DNA of 63,135 bases, filler included, from Globobulimina sp. (Eukaryota), in the NCBI GenBank assembly GCA_003354225.1. It is 30 parts of 30 records of this genome, joined end to end, with 100 filler letters (N's around TTAATTAATTAA, not from the genome) between each part and the next. Parts side by side here need not be neighbours in the genome. Positions count along the whole stretch, not along the records: positions 10,551 to 12,559 come from PIVH01009785.1; positions 12,660 to 14,668 come from PIVH01009786.1; positions 14,769 to 16,777 come from PIVH01009787.1; positions 16,878 to 18,886 come from PIVH01009788.1; positions 18,987 to 20,995 come from PIVH01009789.1; positions 21,096 to 23,103 come from PIVH01009790.1; positions 23,204 to 25,211 come from PIVH01009791.1; 23 more parts are not named here. One strand, written 5' to 3'. How positions within the stretch are numbered: position 1 is the stretch's first letter; every line of letters begins with the position of its first letter. Of the stretch, positions 12,235-23,335 are shown in pieces. The notes under the pieces were generated by a model that saw only the letters and a list, made by a program, of their open reading frames with translations, searched no databases and had not been told where the DNA came from. A program made the translations under genes and the position numbers.

Positions 12235-12559
12235 ATGGGCACTTCATGTTCAAATTGCAGAAGACGCCAAGATAAAAGCAACAAAAGCAAGTCTGGTATG
12301 GCTGACAATAATAATAAAGACACTCGAGTCGCCATGAAAGCTTATTGGGATAAACATGCTCAAAAACCAGCAACCAATTCATTAATGTTATTAATGAAAG
12401 ACGATGCCAAATTTGCGTTGCGCGAAAAAGAAGAAATCTTATCATATTTGCCAGATTATAATCAGTTATCAGTGGTTGAATTGGGAGCAGGAATTGGTCG
12501 ATTTACCGGCGACTTGGCAAGCAAAGCAACAACGGTTTTAGCTGTTGAGTTTGTGGATA
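12235..12559 (+). CDS. Phosphoethanolamine N-methyltransferase (PEAMT-like), 3' partial
   Basis: YWDKH...EKEEILSYLPDY...VVELGAGIGRFTGDLASKA..VLAVEFVD closely resembles the first SAM domain of plant/nematode PEAMTs. Confidence 0.85.
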
Positions 12560-12894
12560 NNNNNNNNNNNNNNNNNNNNNNNNNNNNNNNNNNNNNNNNN
12601 NNNTTAATTAATTAANNNNNNNNNNNNNNNNNNNNNNNNNNNNNNNNNNNNNNNNNNNNATTATTATAGCACATCTTCACATAGTTATAAAGGAAAATAT
12701 TGTCTTGCAATAAATCGATATGGATCAATTATTAGTGTGACTATCGGCATAGTTTTGATTCCGTTTTGTTTGACTGTAGTTTTGATTCCTTTTTTGTAGA
12801 TAGGGTAGGGTTTTACTGAAAACTTTTCAACAAAGTTGAATTTCAACTCGCTAATCGTTCAAACGAAGACTTTATTTATTTTGCATCATGTAAT

Positions 12895-14544
12895 TCATGT
12901 TGTTTCTCTTGAATCGTTCCAATACCAATCCTTTGACGGATTCATCAACTTTTGCATGGCGTAATTGTTTTTATCATTCAAATACGGCACCAATTCCTCT
13001 TTACCAATCCGCAGTATTCCCTTATTCTGCAGGTCTTCCTTACATTGAATAGGCGGTTCGTAGGTTAACAACTCCTTAATCACAAATTGCTTAATATTGC
13101 CTTTGTTATTCCGGTCACTTAAGTTATGTTTCCCTGCGCCAACAATCAATATCAAATCACGATCATTGCACTCAATATTACCAATAACATATCTCAGTAT
13201 AAACTGAACTTGCAACAGCTCAAACAAATGCAGGTCGATTACATTGCCATTCTCATTCTCTACATATGCGATGTATCCCTTTTTCACCAAATCCTCAAAT
13301 ACGTTGACAATCTCTGCTGGCTCATTGTCATGAAACATTATAATCGATGCATACAGCAACGTCTTTGCATGAAAAAACGCGAAATTAGCTTTGTATCCGG
13401 CAGTCATTAACTTATTTATTATACACTTTATCTCCTCATAAATGGCAAATTTCTTATCCAAATCCATACTCATATTCCCATCACCTCTCATTATATGTGA
13501 TAATGCCACACATTTCAATTCAAACATTGGTTCCTTGCCTTTCATATCACACTCACTCTCATCATTGACATGGATATGAACCAAAGAATTGAATGTATCA
13601 ATGGCTCGCTTTGGTTTCCTGCCTCTGATGTATCCGTTCATTATCTCAGTCACAAACAATTTGTTCAACTCAATGTTGAATTCTTTCATCATCGCCAATG
13701 CCTTCTCCATGCCTTCAATATCCCCGTTTTGCGCAAATATGCTCAGAAATGCGTGAAATGTGGTCACATCGAATCTGATTTGTTTCTCTATTAATTTGTC
13801 GCAATATTGCTTGAATAGCTTTGTTCCCTTTTTTATTTGGTTGGCTTTGCCGTAAACGGATATCATTTCGGTGTATAGCCACGACGACGGAGCAATTTTA
13901 TACGTGATTTGCATTGAGATCCAGTACGATTCCGCCAATTCGTACATGCATTCTTTGCGGCAGCCTTTGATTAAGATGGAAAAGATAAATTTATCCGGAG
14001 TTATGCCAAAATCGTTGCACATTCTCTTAAAATATTGATCCGATATTTTGGGTGAAATAGCAGACAGCGCCATGGCATTAAAAAATTGAGTGAACTCAAA
14101 TATGGTCGGAACCACATTGGAATAAATCAATAAATCCATGATTTGACGAATGATTGCCCAGTCTCGCAATTTTATACATCGTTTCATTGCAATGCTATAA
14201 AGTCCGGGAACTTTGATAGAAGTCCAATGCTTTTGGATGATTGAAAATATTTCATCGGAGGTCTTTGCCTGCAATAAAGCTATTTGTATGTTGTAATCAT
14301 TGTCTTTCGGCTTACTTGCTGTTCTTTTATCAAATTCGACGGCTGGCTTAGATTGGTTAAGCACCTTTTTTCTGTCTGCTGCGATGTCCAACAACGCATT
14401 GTGCCAACGAGCTGTGTTGTTATCAATTTCAGGAAATTTTTGTTTTTTCTTTGATTTGCTGCTATAATATCGGATAAATTGTATTGTTTGATAGAGACTG
14501 GGTTTCTGATTGATTGCAGAACATGAACAACGGACAAGTGACAT
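12895..14544 (-). CDS. PPR-SMR protein (pentatricopeptide repeats plus C-terminal Smr domain), likely mitochondrion-targeted
   Basis: PPR-like units (GITPDKFIFSILIKGC, PSSWLYTEMISVYGKA, DVTTFHAFLSIFAQNGD); Smr motifs IDLH...LIVGAGKH...NKGILRI; basic/hydroxylated N-terminus (IRYYSSKSKK). Confidence 0.85.
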   Translation of the reverse strand: MSLVRCSCSAINQKPSLYQTIQFIRYYSSKSKKKQKFPEIDNNTARWHNALLDIAADRKKVLNQSKPAVEFDKRTASKPKDNDYNIQIALLQAKTSDEIFSIIQKHWTSIKVPGLYSIAMKRCIKLRDWAIIRQIMDLLIYSNVVPTIFEFTQFFNAMALSAISPKISDQYFKRMCNDFGITPDKFIFSILIKGCRKECMYELAESYWISMQITYKIAPSSWLYTEMISVYGKANQIKKGTKLFKQYCDKLIEKQIRFDVTTFHAFLSIFAQNGDIEGMEKALAMMKEFNIELNKLFVTEIMNGYIRGRKPKRAIDTFNSLVHIHVNDESECDMKGKEPMFELKCVALSHIMRGDGNMSMDLDKKFAIYEEIKCIINKLMTAGYKANFAFFHAKTLLYASIIMFHDNEPAEIVNVFEDLVKKGYIAYVENENGNVIDLHLFELLQVQFILRYVIGNIECNDRDLILIVGAGKHNLSDRNNKGNIKQFVIKELLTYEPPIQCKEDLQNKGILRIGKEELVPYLNDKNNYAMQKLMNPSKDWYWNDSRETT

Positions 14545-14768
14545 GAAGTGTCTTTTTGGTTTTTTAAATGCAAAGAACAAAACAATAACTTTGTGTAATC
14601 AGTGCAATCCCACAAATTTTAAACTGTTTTAAAAACACCATTAAATATATGATTATAATCAGAAACAANNNNNNNNNNNNNNNNNNNNNNNNNNNNNNNN
14701 NNNNNNNNNNNNTTAATTAATTAANNNNNNNNNNNNNNNNNNNNNNNNNNNNNNNNNNNNNNNNNNNN

Positions 14769-16777
14769 ATGAGTGATAGTGTGGTGGAAATGTGTGCGTT
14801 CGGATATTATGGCACTTATAACATCGGTTATTGTTTAGCGGATCAATCAATTGGTGGTTGGTTGCACGGCTGTCATAAAATATCATTTAGTGATGAATTG
14901 TTGGATTTTTATGGCCAGCAATGGACTGTTTATTCTCCAGCCAATATTTCTGGTGATGCTGCAGTAGCACTTGATGGCAGCGACTCGTTTCAATTTATAC
15001 CAAATGAGCCAACTTCTGTAAGCATTATCAAATCAACAGAGAAAATATCATGGCCGTTGCGAGTGCGGCTTGAAGTGCAAAAAAGGTTCGTTTCTTTCAT
15101 GTTTCTTTTTTTTATCAAATCGTCCATGAAAAACACACCAACAAAAAAAAGAATGGGTGAATGCAATTTATGGAGCATTTCATTGGGACAACAATGGAAT
15201 TCACGCAGTCCTTATTCATCTCGATTGGATTGGGGCTGTTTAGCTGGTTGGAAGCAGTTTAGTTTGTATAATGCAACATTTCGGTTATACGACAGTCTGT
15301 GTTGGGATAATGGCGATGTGGATGGCACAATGGAGGTGGTGTACACCTTAGTAAATAGTACCATTGCCCCCGCAGCAAAGGTTACGACCTCATCCACTGA
15401 CTGTGCCGCATTAAATTTATATATGTTGGATATTTTGAGTCAAAATCCGTGGCCAGATGCATATCTATGGTTTGGTACGAATGATAATTGGGAATATGCG
15501 GCACAAACAAATCAAAGCATTGTTGGTAGATTTGATTGGATTTCGTATACGAAATTTTTCACAGATTTTAATGGTTTGATGGCGAATGTATGGAATGGGA
15601 ATGAACTGTCAATAATGAGTAAAGGAGACAAAATAAGTTCGAATGGTGAATTGTATCAATTTGTTATACCGTTTAGTATTCGATTAGGGATTAAAAAACC
15701 TGCTTTGAATGGAGTATTTGCACACTTTTTATCATTGGGCGGCAGGTCGTATGTGAGTGGAATAACAAATGACAGTGTTCAGATTGTCTGGAGAGACGAT
15801 TCAAAGATACGATTAGCGCATACTTCGACAAATATATTTGAAACAGGACTCGGCAATGCTGCAGATTGTGAATGGGAGCGAGTGGATACAGTTTTTGATG
15901 TTGTCATTAAAGTTGACACTGAAAAAATAATGGTCTCTGATACATTTTGTAATGGCACATTAGTTGGCAGACATAATTTGAATATGAGTCAAACAGTTGT
16001 TTCGCTCGGATTTATTGATGATGATGCATATAATTCCAGTGATTTAATACAATTTACATATTTCGAAGTGTATCAATTGCCATTGTCATATGCTGGCAAT
16101 GTAACAAATCAAGAGGTTTTATCAGATATTGTCACCGCGTCACCCACTTATTCGCCAACAGTTGAAACTACAAATCCTACACAGCAGCCAACTACATCAG
16201 CTCCAACCTATTCCCCATCAAAAAACCCATCATTTAGCCCCACACATAATCCATCTGCAAATCCTACCGATAATCCAACATATTCTCCATCAAAAAACCC
16301 AACATTTAACCCTTCATATAATCCATCTACAAATCCGACAGACAATCCAACAAAATTACCAACATTTAGCCCTACATATAATCCAACTACAAATCCTACC
16401 GATAATCCAACATATTCCCCATCAAAAAAACCAACATTTAGCCCTACACATAATCCATCTGCAAATCCTACCGATAATCCAACGAATTCTCCATCAAAAA
16501 ACCCAACATATAATCCAACAAAATTACCAACAATGTTACCAACTACAGATCCAACAAATGATCCATCAAATGACCCAACTACAAATCCTACCGGCAATCC
16601 AACGAATTACCCATCTAAAAAACCAACATTTAGTCCTACACATAACCCCATTACATCAGATCCAACGAACGATACAAATATTGATCAAGCTACACATCCT
16701 AGCTTTGATCCGACGGTGCAACATACAAATGATCCAACATCGACGTTAGATACAAAATCTCAAAAAGACTTTTATTT
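14769..16777 (+). CDS. Extracellular protein with Pro/Thr-rich (PT-repeat) mucin-like stalk, partial
   Basis: About 670 open codons; Trp/Cys-rich N-terminal part, then NPT/SPT/NPS tetrapeptide repeats; a possible small intron near 15085-15150. Confidence 0.75.
16131..16740 (+). repeat. Coding 12-nt-period PT repeat
   Basis: Recurrent AATCCA/TCTCCA...ACA units encoding xNPT/xSPS. Confidence 0.9.
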
Positions 16778-18111
16778 NNNNNNNNNNNNNNNNNNNNNNN
16801 NNNNNNNNNNNNNNNNNNNNNTTAATTAATTAANNNNNNNNNNNNNNNNNNNNNNNNNNNNNNNNNNNNNNNNNNNNGTAGGTGCTGTACTCATACCATA
16901 CTCAAAGCGAACCAGGTTTTCAGCTTGGTTACATATTCTTGTTATTTTAGTATTCTTGAAAGAGTTGAAGCAGATTTTTCACATTGTAACAAATTGCAAC
17001 AATGTAGGACCTAGGACCTAGGGTCAAATTTTAATTATGTAATTTACCAACATTCCCTTATACAATATAGAAAATAATTCAAACCTAGTTTTATTAGGAT
17101 TTAGCATATTAATATGGCATCATATCCAGGTAATATCACAGACCATTGATTAATAACGGGATTTGATTGGTAAATTTGCATTGTATTATGAGCAAAATTT
17201 GTTAATTTGTAATTTATTTGGATGCGTTTATAATGTGATCCATATTTATACACTGCGCTTTAATTAAATTTATATACTGCACTTAAATTGATACACTTTA
17301 ATTGATACATATTCTATATAGCAAATCATCGATATCAAATAAAACATGTTTGTGTTTGAAATGACAAACAACACATCCGCAACCAAAAGATTATGATTTA
17401 TGATAATAATAATATTTGTAAATTATTTGGTTGGTTGACAGCAAAGTATTTTGTATTTGGCACACCAATCAAAGATAAAACAAAAAAAAATGGAAATAAT
17501 GTAAAAGTATCACACAATAATTAGCAGCATCTTATTTTTATTTTAAAGAAGTTGTCGAACCGCAATAAGATAGATATCTATTTATCTCATTTGCTTATTA
17601 TAATTCAAATAATTACAAAGCTGGTATTAAACGCATTTAGCAATTATTAAATGGATAATAATAAATAATTCTTATCAATTTTTACTATTTTACCAGTTTA
17701 AAAATATTACCACATCAACAATTTTTCCTATTATATTAGTTATAACATATATAGACGGGGCAACACAGTAGCATTGCGGGTCGATAGACCCGAGGCAAGA
17801 AGCCGGGATGCTAGAACCCCGGAGGCAAGAAGTCTGAAGGAAAGAGGCTTATTTGTTATGTTTGAATTTTTTGGACCTAGAGGTTTTTGAGTAACTCAGA
17901 AGTTTCCTATACTTACCAAGTTATCATATTTTTTTTGTCATTTAATTTTTTTGCTGACTAATCAAAATATTTTTTGTTCTACACAAATCATTAAGTAAAT
18001 TCCTTTAGGAAAAAAATTGCGTAAGTATTTTTTTGCGAAATTGCGTAAAGCAATTCAAGGGCGTATTTAAAATTATAAAAATATAAGGTCATTATATATA
18101 TGATTTAAATT

Positions 18112-18886
18112 TTATGATTCTGTATCAGTCATTGAATCAACATTAACAGCTTCAAATGCATATCTTTTTTTATTTTCTTTACAACAAATCCACTGAAATA
18201 CTTTTCGAATAACACAAAATGCCACCATTCCAATAACAGCTAATAATGAAATTGCAATAACCACGAAAAATATTTTTTTATCAATATAAATATAACCATT
18301 CTTATAATTGAACATATCAATATTTGTACTAATGGATTGTGCGTAAGCAAGGGAGGTTGAAAATATTTTTTTACATAATTTATCCTCATCATAGCGTATT
18401 AAGCTAATCACAACACCATCTTCAGAAAATACATATTCTTTCTCAAATTTATTGTTGTTAACAGCACCATGCCCAAATCCAATAACATCGATTGTATCTT
18501 CAATATCACCATTTATAACACCAGTGACTTTAAACGAATAATCAGATTGCACTTCAATGTCAAAACTGACATCATTCCAATCAATCAATGATGCAAGAAA
18601 ATTAATTTGTGCTGATACAGCAGGCGATTTGAAAAAATAACAGTCACCGTCCATGCACAATTCTGAATTCTCATCATAAGCACCCGCATAAATTTCTTGT
18701 GCTGATACAGCAGTACCATCGGGATGTGTTGCTTCATTCAACACTGACATGACACACATGCTTTCTATACTTACCCATGCTCTCGCTGTGTCTTTGCTAA
18801 ATGGTATATATGGCGCAGCACTTGGAATTCTAAAACCTGTCTCTGAACATAAACCTGCATCGTTGGCATAATCGACACTAAATTCG
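18112..18886 (-). CDS. Membrane-anchored secreted-type protein, 5' partial
   Basis: Frame open to the contig edge; C-terminal TM segment IFFVVIAISLLAVIGMVAFCVI. Confidence 0.6.
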
Positions 18887-19253
18887 NNNNNNNNNNNNNN
18901 NNNNNNNNNNNNNNNNNNNNNNNNNNNNNNTTAATTAATTAANNNNNNNNNNNNNNNNNNNNNNNNNNNNNNNNNNNNNNNNNNNNTTGGAACGAAAACC
19001 GCTGAAAATTTGGCATCGATATTTCTCGCCGAGCCAACGTCACACAGCCCTCAAAAATTGCAGAGGGAAATAGGAGCAAGAGCCCATAAAAACACTAAGG
19101 ATGCGGACGATAGGTTGGGTTGGATTACATTTGAATTCTGCAATGAATACAGATGGTTTCTCGTTGTCTTGGTCTTCTGTTGTTGGCAATGTTATTATTG
19201 ACATTTAAATAACGTTTTTTCACTTCATTTTTCATCAAACTCTGCAATATCAT

Positions 19254-20696
19254 ATGGAATATACAACTTTGGTACAAAGTAAACATTGGGCAGTTTTGTC
19301 GAAGAGTTTATTGGATCGATTACAAAATGAGAAACACACAGATTGTATATTTATTATCGGTAAAAAGCAAACCGAATTTAAAGTAAATAGATTTATTTTG
19401 TCGTTGGTTAGCAAAGTGTTTGAAGGTATTTGTCCATATTTAGGCCCACTCCGTTATTTTGTTTACAATATTAATTATTAATTAATAGCAATGTTATATG
19501 GAAATATGAGAGAGAGTGAGAATAATTCCACCGTAATTATCACCGATGTGGACGTCGAAGCATTTCGATGTGTGATAAATTTTTCATATGGCAATGATCC
19601 ACGAATTAATTTAAATAATGTCAGTTCGTTGTTAATGATTTGTGACAAATATCAAATAATAGAATTATTAAAAATAACCAAACAATTCTTCAAAAAAAGC
19701 CTAAATGCAAAGAATTTTTGTATATTATTTAATAAATCAATAACATCCAAATCTGATTATTGCATTAATGTTTGTATTGACTTTATCAAGAAATCGTATC
19801 TTAAATTTGATACAAAGTCACATTCCGAAATCATGAAATCTTCATTTATTTTGAATGCAAATACAATGAAAACATTGTTAGGATCTGATTATTTATTAGT
19901 TACTGAAGAGGTGCTATGGGAAACATATATAAATTGGCACAAATATCAAGCACAGAGAAACCATGCACACTCACTGGAATTGGATGAGAATGAAAGTAAA
20001 ATAAACGACACGCATAAATTATATAAATTGATTAGATTCGGTTTAATGGATAGTCTGTATTTCGTTAAATGTGTTATCCCAAAGCAAATATTGTCAGATG
20101 CGGAATTAGTTAAAATCATGAAATATAATATATGTTCAGACGAAGGCTGTGGTGAATTCAAAACAACGCAGCGAGGCAAAGATTGTTGGTCGAGCTGTCT
20201 CGGTGACAATTTAGAGGTTTCTGAGAATTGCTTGATTCATCGGGGAAAGGACAGGAAGAGTCAGACAGCATTATTGGCCATGGCATTTGATGCAGGAATT
20301 CATAAATGGGCCTTTAAAATTTGCCAATTAAAAAGTGACATTGAGGACGGCAGTGATTGGACTTCGTGCTTCGGGATTTACAAAATACATTCTTCCAAAA
20401 TGCCACCCATTAATAACCACTTTATTTGGGATCAAACGAATACGGGATATGCATTTTGCGCACATTCCGCCAAATTAAAAGACTTTGACGATGTGAATGA
20501 TTACTGTGTGAGTCATGATTATGGCAAAGAATGCAAAAGTGGCGATATTATTGAAATGATTGTTGATATGAATAAGTTAGAATTAAAATATATTATTAAT
20601 GGAGTGGATTATGGGAAAGCATTTGATATTCAACGAACAACGTACAGAGCAGCCGTAAATTTGGATATTCCCAATGACGCGATACAATTATTATAG
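19254..20696 (+). CDS. BTB/POZ-BACK-SPRY-like protein; intron 19426-19488
   Basis: TDCIFIIG...FKVNRFILSLVSKVFE|AMLYG after splicing GTATTT...TAATAG; BACK-like EEVLWE...IRFGLM; SPRY-like GIHKWAFKI...GDIIEMIVDM..LELKYIINGVDYG. Confidence 0.85.
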
Positions 20697-21168
20697 ATCG
20701 ACAGTGCATCATCTTAATGTTCATAATAATAATAATATGATTGTGTTTATTAGCTAGTCCAAGGAATAAATCCGACAACAAAAGGATGTTTGTGATTATA
20801 ATTTTGATATCCTACATCCTTTAAATTGTCAGGATTTCTTAATTGGAAAACAAGATTTATTTATTTAAGTTGTTTTACTTTTAATCTAAACTAAGTTTTT
20901 CTTTTTTGGAAACTGGAGTCGAGTTAAACCTAAATGCTTTGTAAATATTTGGATTCTGATCATGCATGAGATCCTGTTACATATTTGTGAGATTANNNNN
21001 NNNNNNNNNNNNNNNNNNNNNNNNNNNNNNNNNNNNNNNTTAATTAATTAANNNNNNNNNNNNNNNNNNNNNNNNNNNNNNNNNNNNNNNNNNNNGTTTT
21101 ATTGGCGTTTTTTTTGATAAAAAAACGAAAAAAAAAAACGAAAAAAAAAAACAAACAAAAAAAAAAAA

Positions 21169-21228
21169 TGTTCTGCACTGGATACTGAAGGGTTCGACTC
21201 CCTTTCAGAACAATATACAGGTTTTTTT
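21169..21228 (+). other. tRNA-like minihelix (acceptor stem and T-arm only) with downstream oligo-T
   Basis: TGTTCTG/CAGAACA pairing, T-arm AAGGG-TTCGACT-CCCTT, B-box GGTTCGACTCC, T7 at 21222-21228; no D or anticodon arm. Confidence 0.45.
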
Positions 21229-21324
21229 GTCCAAAAATGGAAACATGACGTGTTTAGAATATCTCAATATCAATGAAAAAAACTTGTATGTTGAGTAAAA
21301 AAAAAAACTTTTGTGTTGATCATC

Positions 21325-22908
21325 ATGTACATGTTATTCCTTTGTTTGGCAACAGTTGTTTTGGGATTTTTATTGATGTGGTTCTTTAGGAAATCTCCTA
21401 ACACCATTTATAAAGCTACAATCCCGTTATCGCAAAGAGATTTTATTGAATATTCAGATTTAATGGATCCAGACATTAGACAGAATCCGCATGCATTCAA
21501 CAAACATTTACAACGAATAATCACCACTTCAAAGGCGCCAACAGTTCAAAAAGGAATTCTTGCAGTACGCGGTGAGAAGAACACATTTTTAATTTGCAAT
21601 TATTCGCTGATCAAACAAATTTTAGCCAATGATGAAGTTTTCGCAAGCAATCCATTCAAAGACGAACCATTAATCGCACCACATGCCATCGATGATGACC
21701 GCCATACCAAAATATTTAAATATGTTAAAAAATACTATTCCACCTCGGTTATAACCAAACAAATCCCGCAGATACAATATATAATTAATAAAATCACGAC
21801 AGATTTGATTGAGAATCAAAAAAACAAAGTGAATGATGTGATGCTTCCATACTGTCGGCGTATTGTAATGCAAACATCCTTATTTATGATGGGTTTACCA
21901 ACAGAGATTTACACAAATAACAAAATCGTGAATAAATTGATCCAATTTAACGATGAAATGGTTATTTTAGTGGCGCCCGTTGGTGGTATTGGACATAAGA
22001 TCGATTTTTCATTTCGAGCTTTGTTCAATTTGCTGATTGGTTTATTTTTTGCGACATTGGCAACCTTAAAATTGCTGCGAAAGATCGGAATATCGGAAGC
22101 ATGGCAGCTATTAAGGCCCGATTTGAATGTATTGAAGCTACCAAACAGTAAAAAAGATGATGGATTGCCCAGATTACAAATATGGATTTACCCACAATTA
22201 TTGCACAATGTTCCTAAATATTTTTTGTATTTGAACGAATTGTATGAGACCTATGGGATTGGCGCAAAATATCCGAATCCCAGCAAGCAAACAAATATAT
22301 TGAATGGGAGAAATGTGTTACAGTCAATGCACGAAGCCGAGCAAAAAGGCGATATGAAGCGAGCAGAGGTCATTGTGACCATTGTTCAGTTGATGGTTAA
22401 TATGACCACAGCCAATATGATCGCAAATGTTTTATATCGGATATCTGAAAAAGATGTGGCTTTAACGGAATATGTGTGCGATGCAAATGGGAAATATGAT
22501 GATAGCAAAGCATTGAGGTTAATTGAAGAGATATGTCGCTACGAATCGTCAATGCAACGCTTACCTCGACGTTGTAGAGTGGCGGTGAATGATTTTTATG
22601 GGCAAAAATTTCCAGAAAATTCAATTTTATTAAATATGATTGGCTATGCAAATTGTGAAGGTTATGAACGTGGCTTTGAATTTATTCCAGATCGACACAA
22701 AAATATGGATATTAAGAAAATATTGACTTTTGGTTACGGATTGCATTTGTGTTTGGGATATTGGTTGGTCAAAAGGGAAATGAATTTGGCGTTGAGATCA
22801 TTGGTTGAACATAAAATCAATAAAATAGAATGTGTCTCAGCAAAAAGAATGAAAAATATTGATGTTGGCAATTATGGATTCAATGAACTTGTCCTTGCAT
22901 TCAAATGA
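21325..22908 (+). CDS. Cytochrome P450 with N-terminal membrane anchor
   Basis: Heme motif FGYGLHLCLG, ExxR (EICR), PxR (FIPDRH), N-terminal hydrophobic helix. Confidence 0.9.
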   Translation: MYMLFLCLATVVLGFLLMWFFRKSPNTIYKATIPLSQRDFIEYSDLMDPDIRQNPHAFNKHLQRIITTSKAPTVQKGILAVRGEKNTFLICNYSLIKQILANDEVFASNPFKDEPLIAPHAIDDDRHTKIFKYVKKYYSTSVITKQIPQIQYIINKITTDLIENQKNKVNDVMLPYCRRIVMQTSLFMMGLPTEIYTNNKIVNKLIQFNDEMVILVAPVGGIGHKIDFSFRALFNLLIGLFFATLATLKLLRKIGISEAWQLLRPDLNVLKLPNSKKDDGLPRLQIWIYPQLLHNVPKYFLYLNELYETYGIGAKYPNPSKQTNILNGRNVLQSMHEAEQKGDMKRAEVIVTIVQLMVNMTTANMIANVLYRISEKDVALTEYVCDANGKYDDSKALRLIEEICRYESSMQRLPRRCRVAVNDFYGQKFPENSILLNMIGYANCEGYERGFEFIPDRHKNMDIKKILTFGYGLHLCLGYWLVKREMNLALRSLVEHKINKIECVSAKRMKNIDVGNYGFNELVLAFK

Positions 22909-23335
22909 CTGACTGACTGACATTAAATAAAACAGACATTTTACTATCTTGATCATGTCACAAAACCAACAGGAATTTTTCTCAACAGATTCATATAACA
23001 TGCAGTTTGACACTTTTAACAATGGCATCTGAAAATTGAGCCGATGGCCTAGTTTTTGACAATATTACTACGAGTAACACCCCCTTTATATAGCTATATG
23101 ATGNNNNNNNNNNNNNNNNNNNNNNNNNNNNNNNNNNNNNNNNNNNNTTAATTAATTAANNNNNNNNNNNNNNNNNNNNNNNNNNNNNNNNNNNNNNNNN
23201 NNNAACACTTTGATAATGGCTTCTTTACGTAAGCCGAAAGCTCAGTGATTTTAAATCCTTAGAGATTCAACTAATTCACACTATAATCTCGTCCCTATAT
23301 TTCATCTTATTAGTAAATGTGATATTTGTTGCAAT

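Noticed and set aside
16129-16749. Alternative-frame and antisense ORFs over the PT repeat
   Set aside because: By-products of the 12-nt periodic coding repeat.
21169-21212. Functional tRNA gene
   Set aside because: No D arm, anticodon arm or A-box; reported only as a tRNA-like minihelix.
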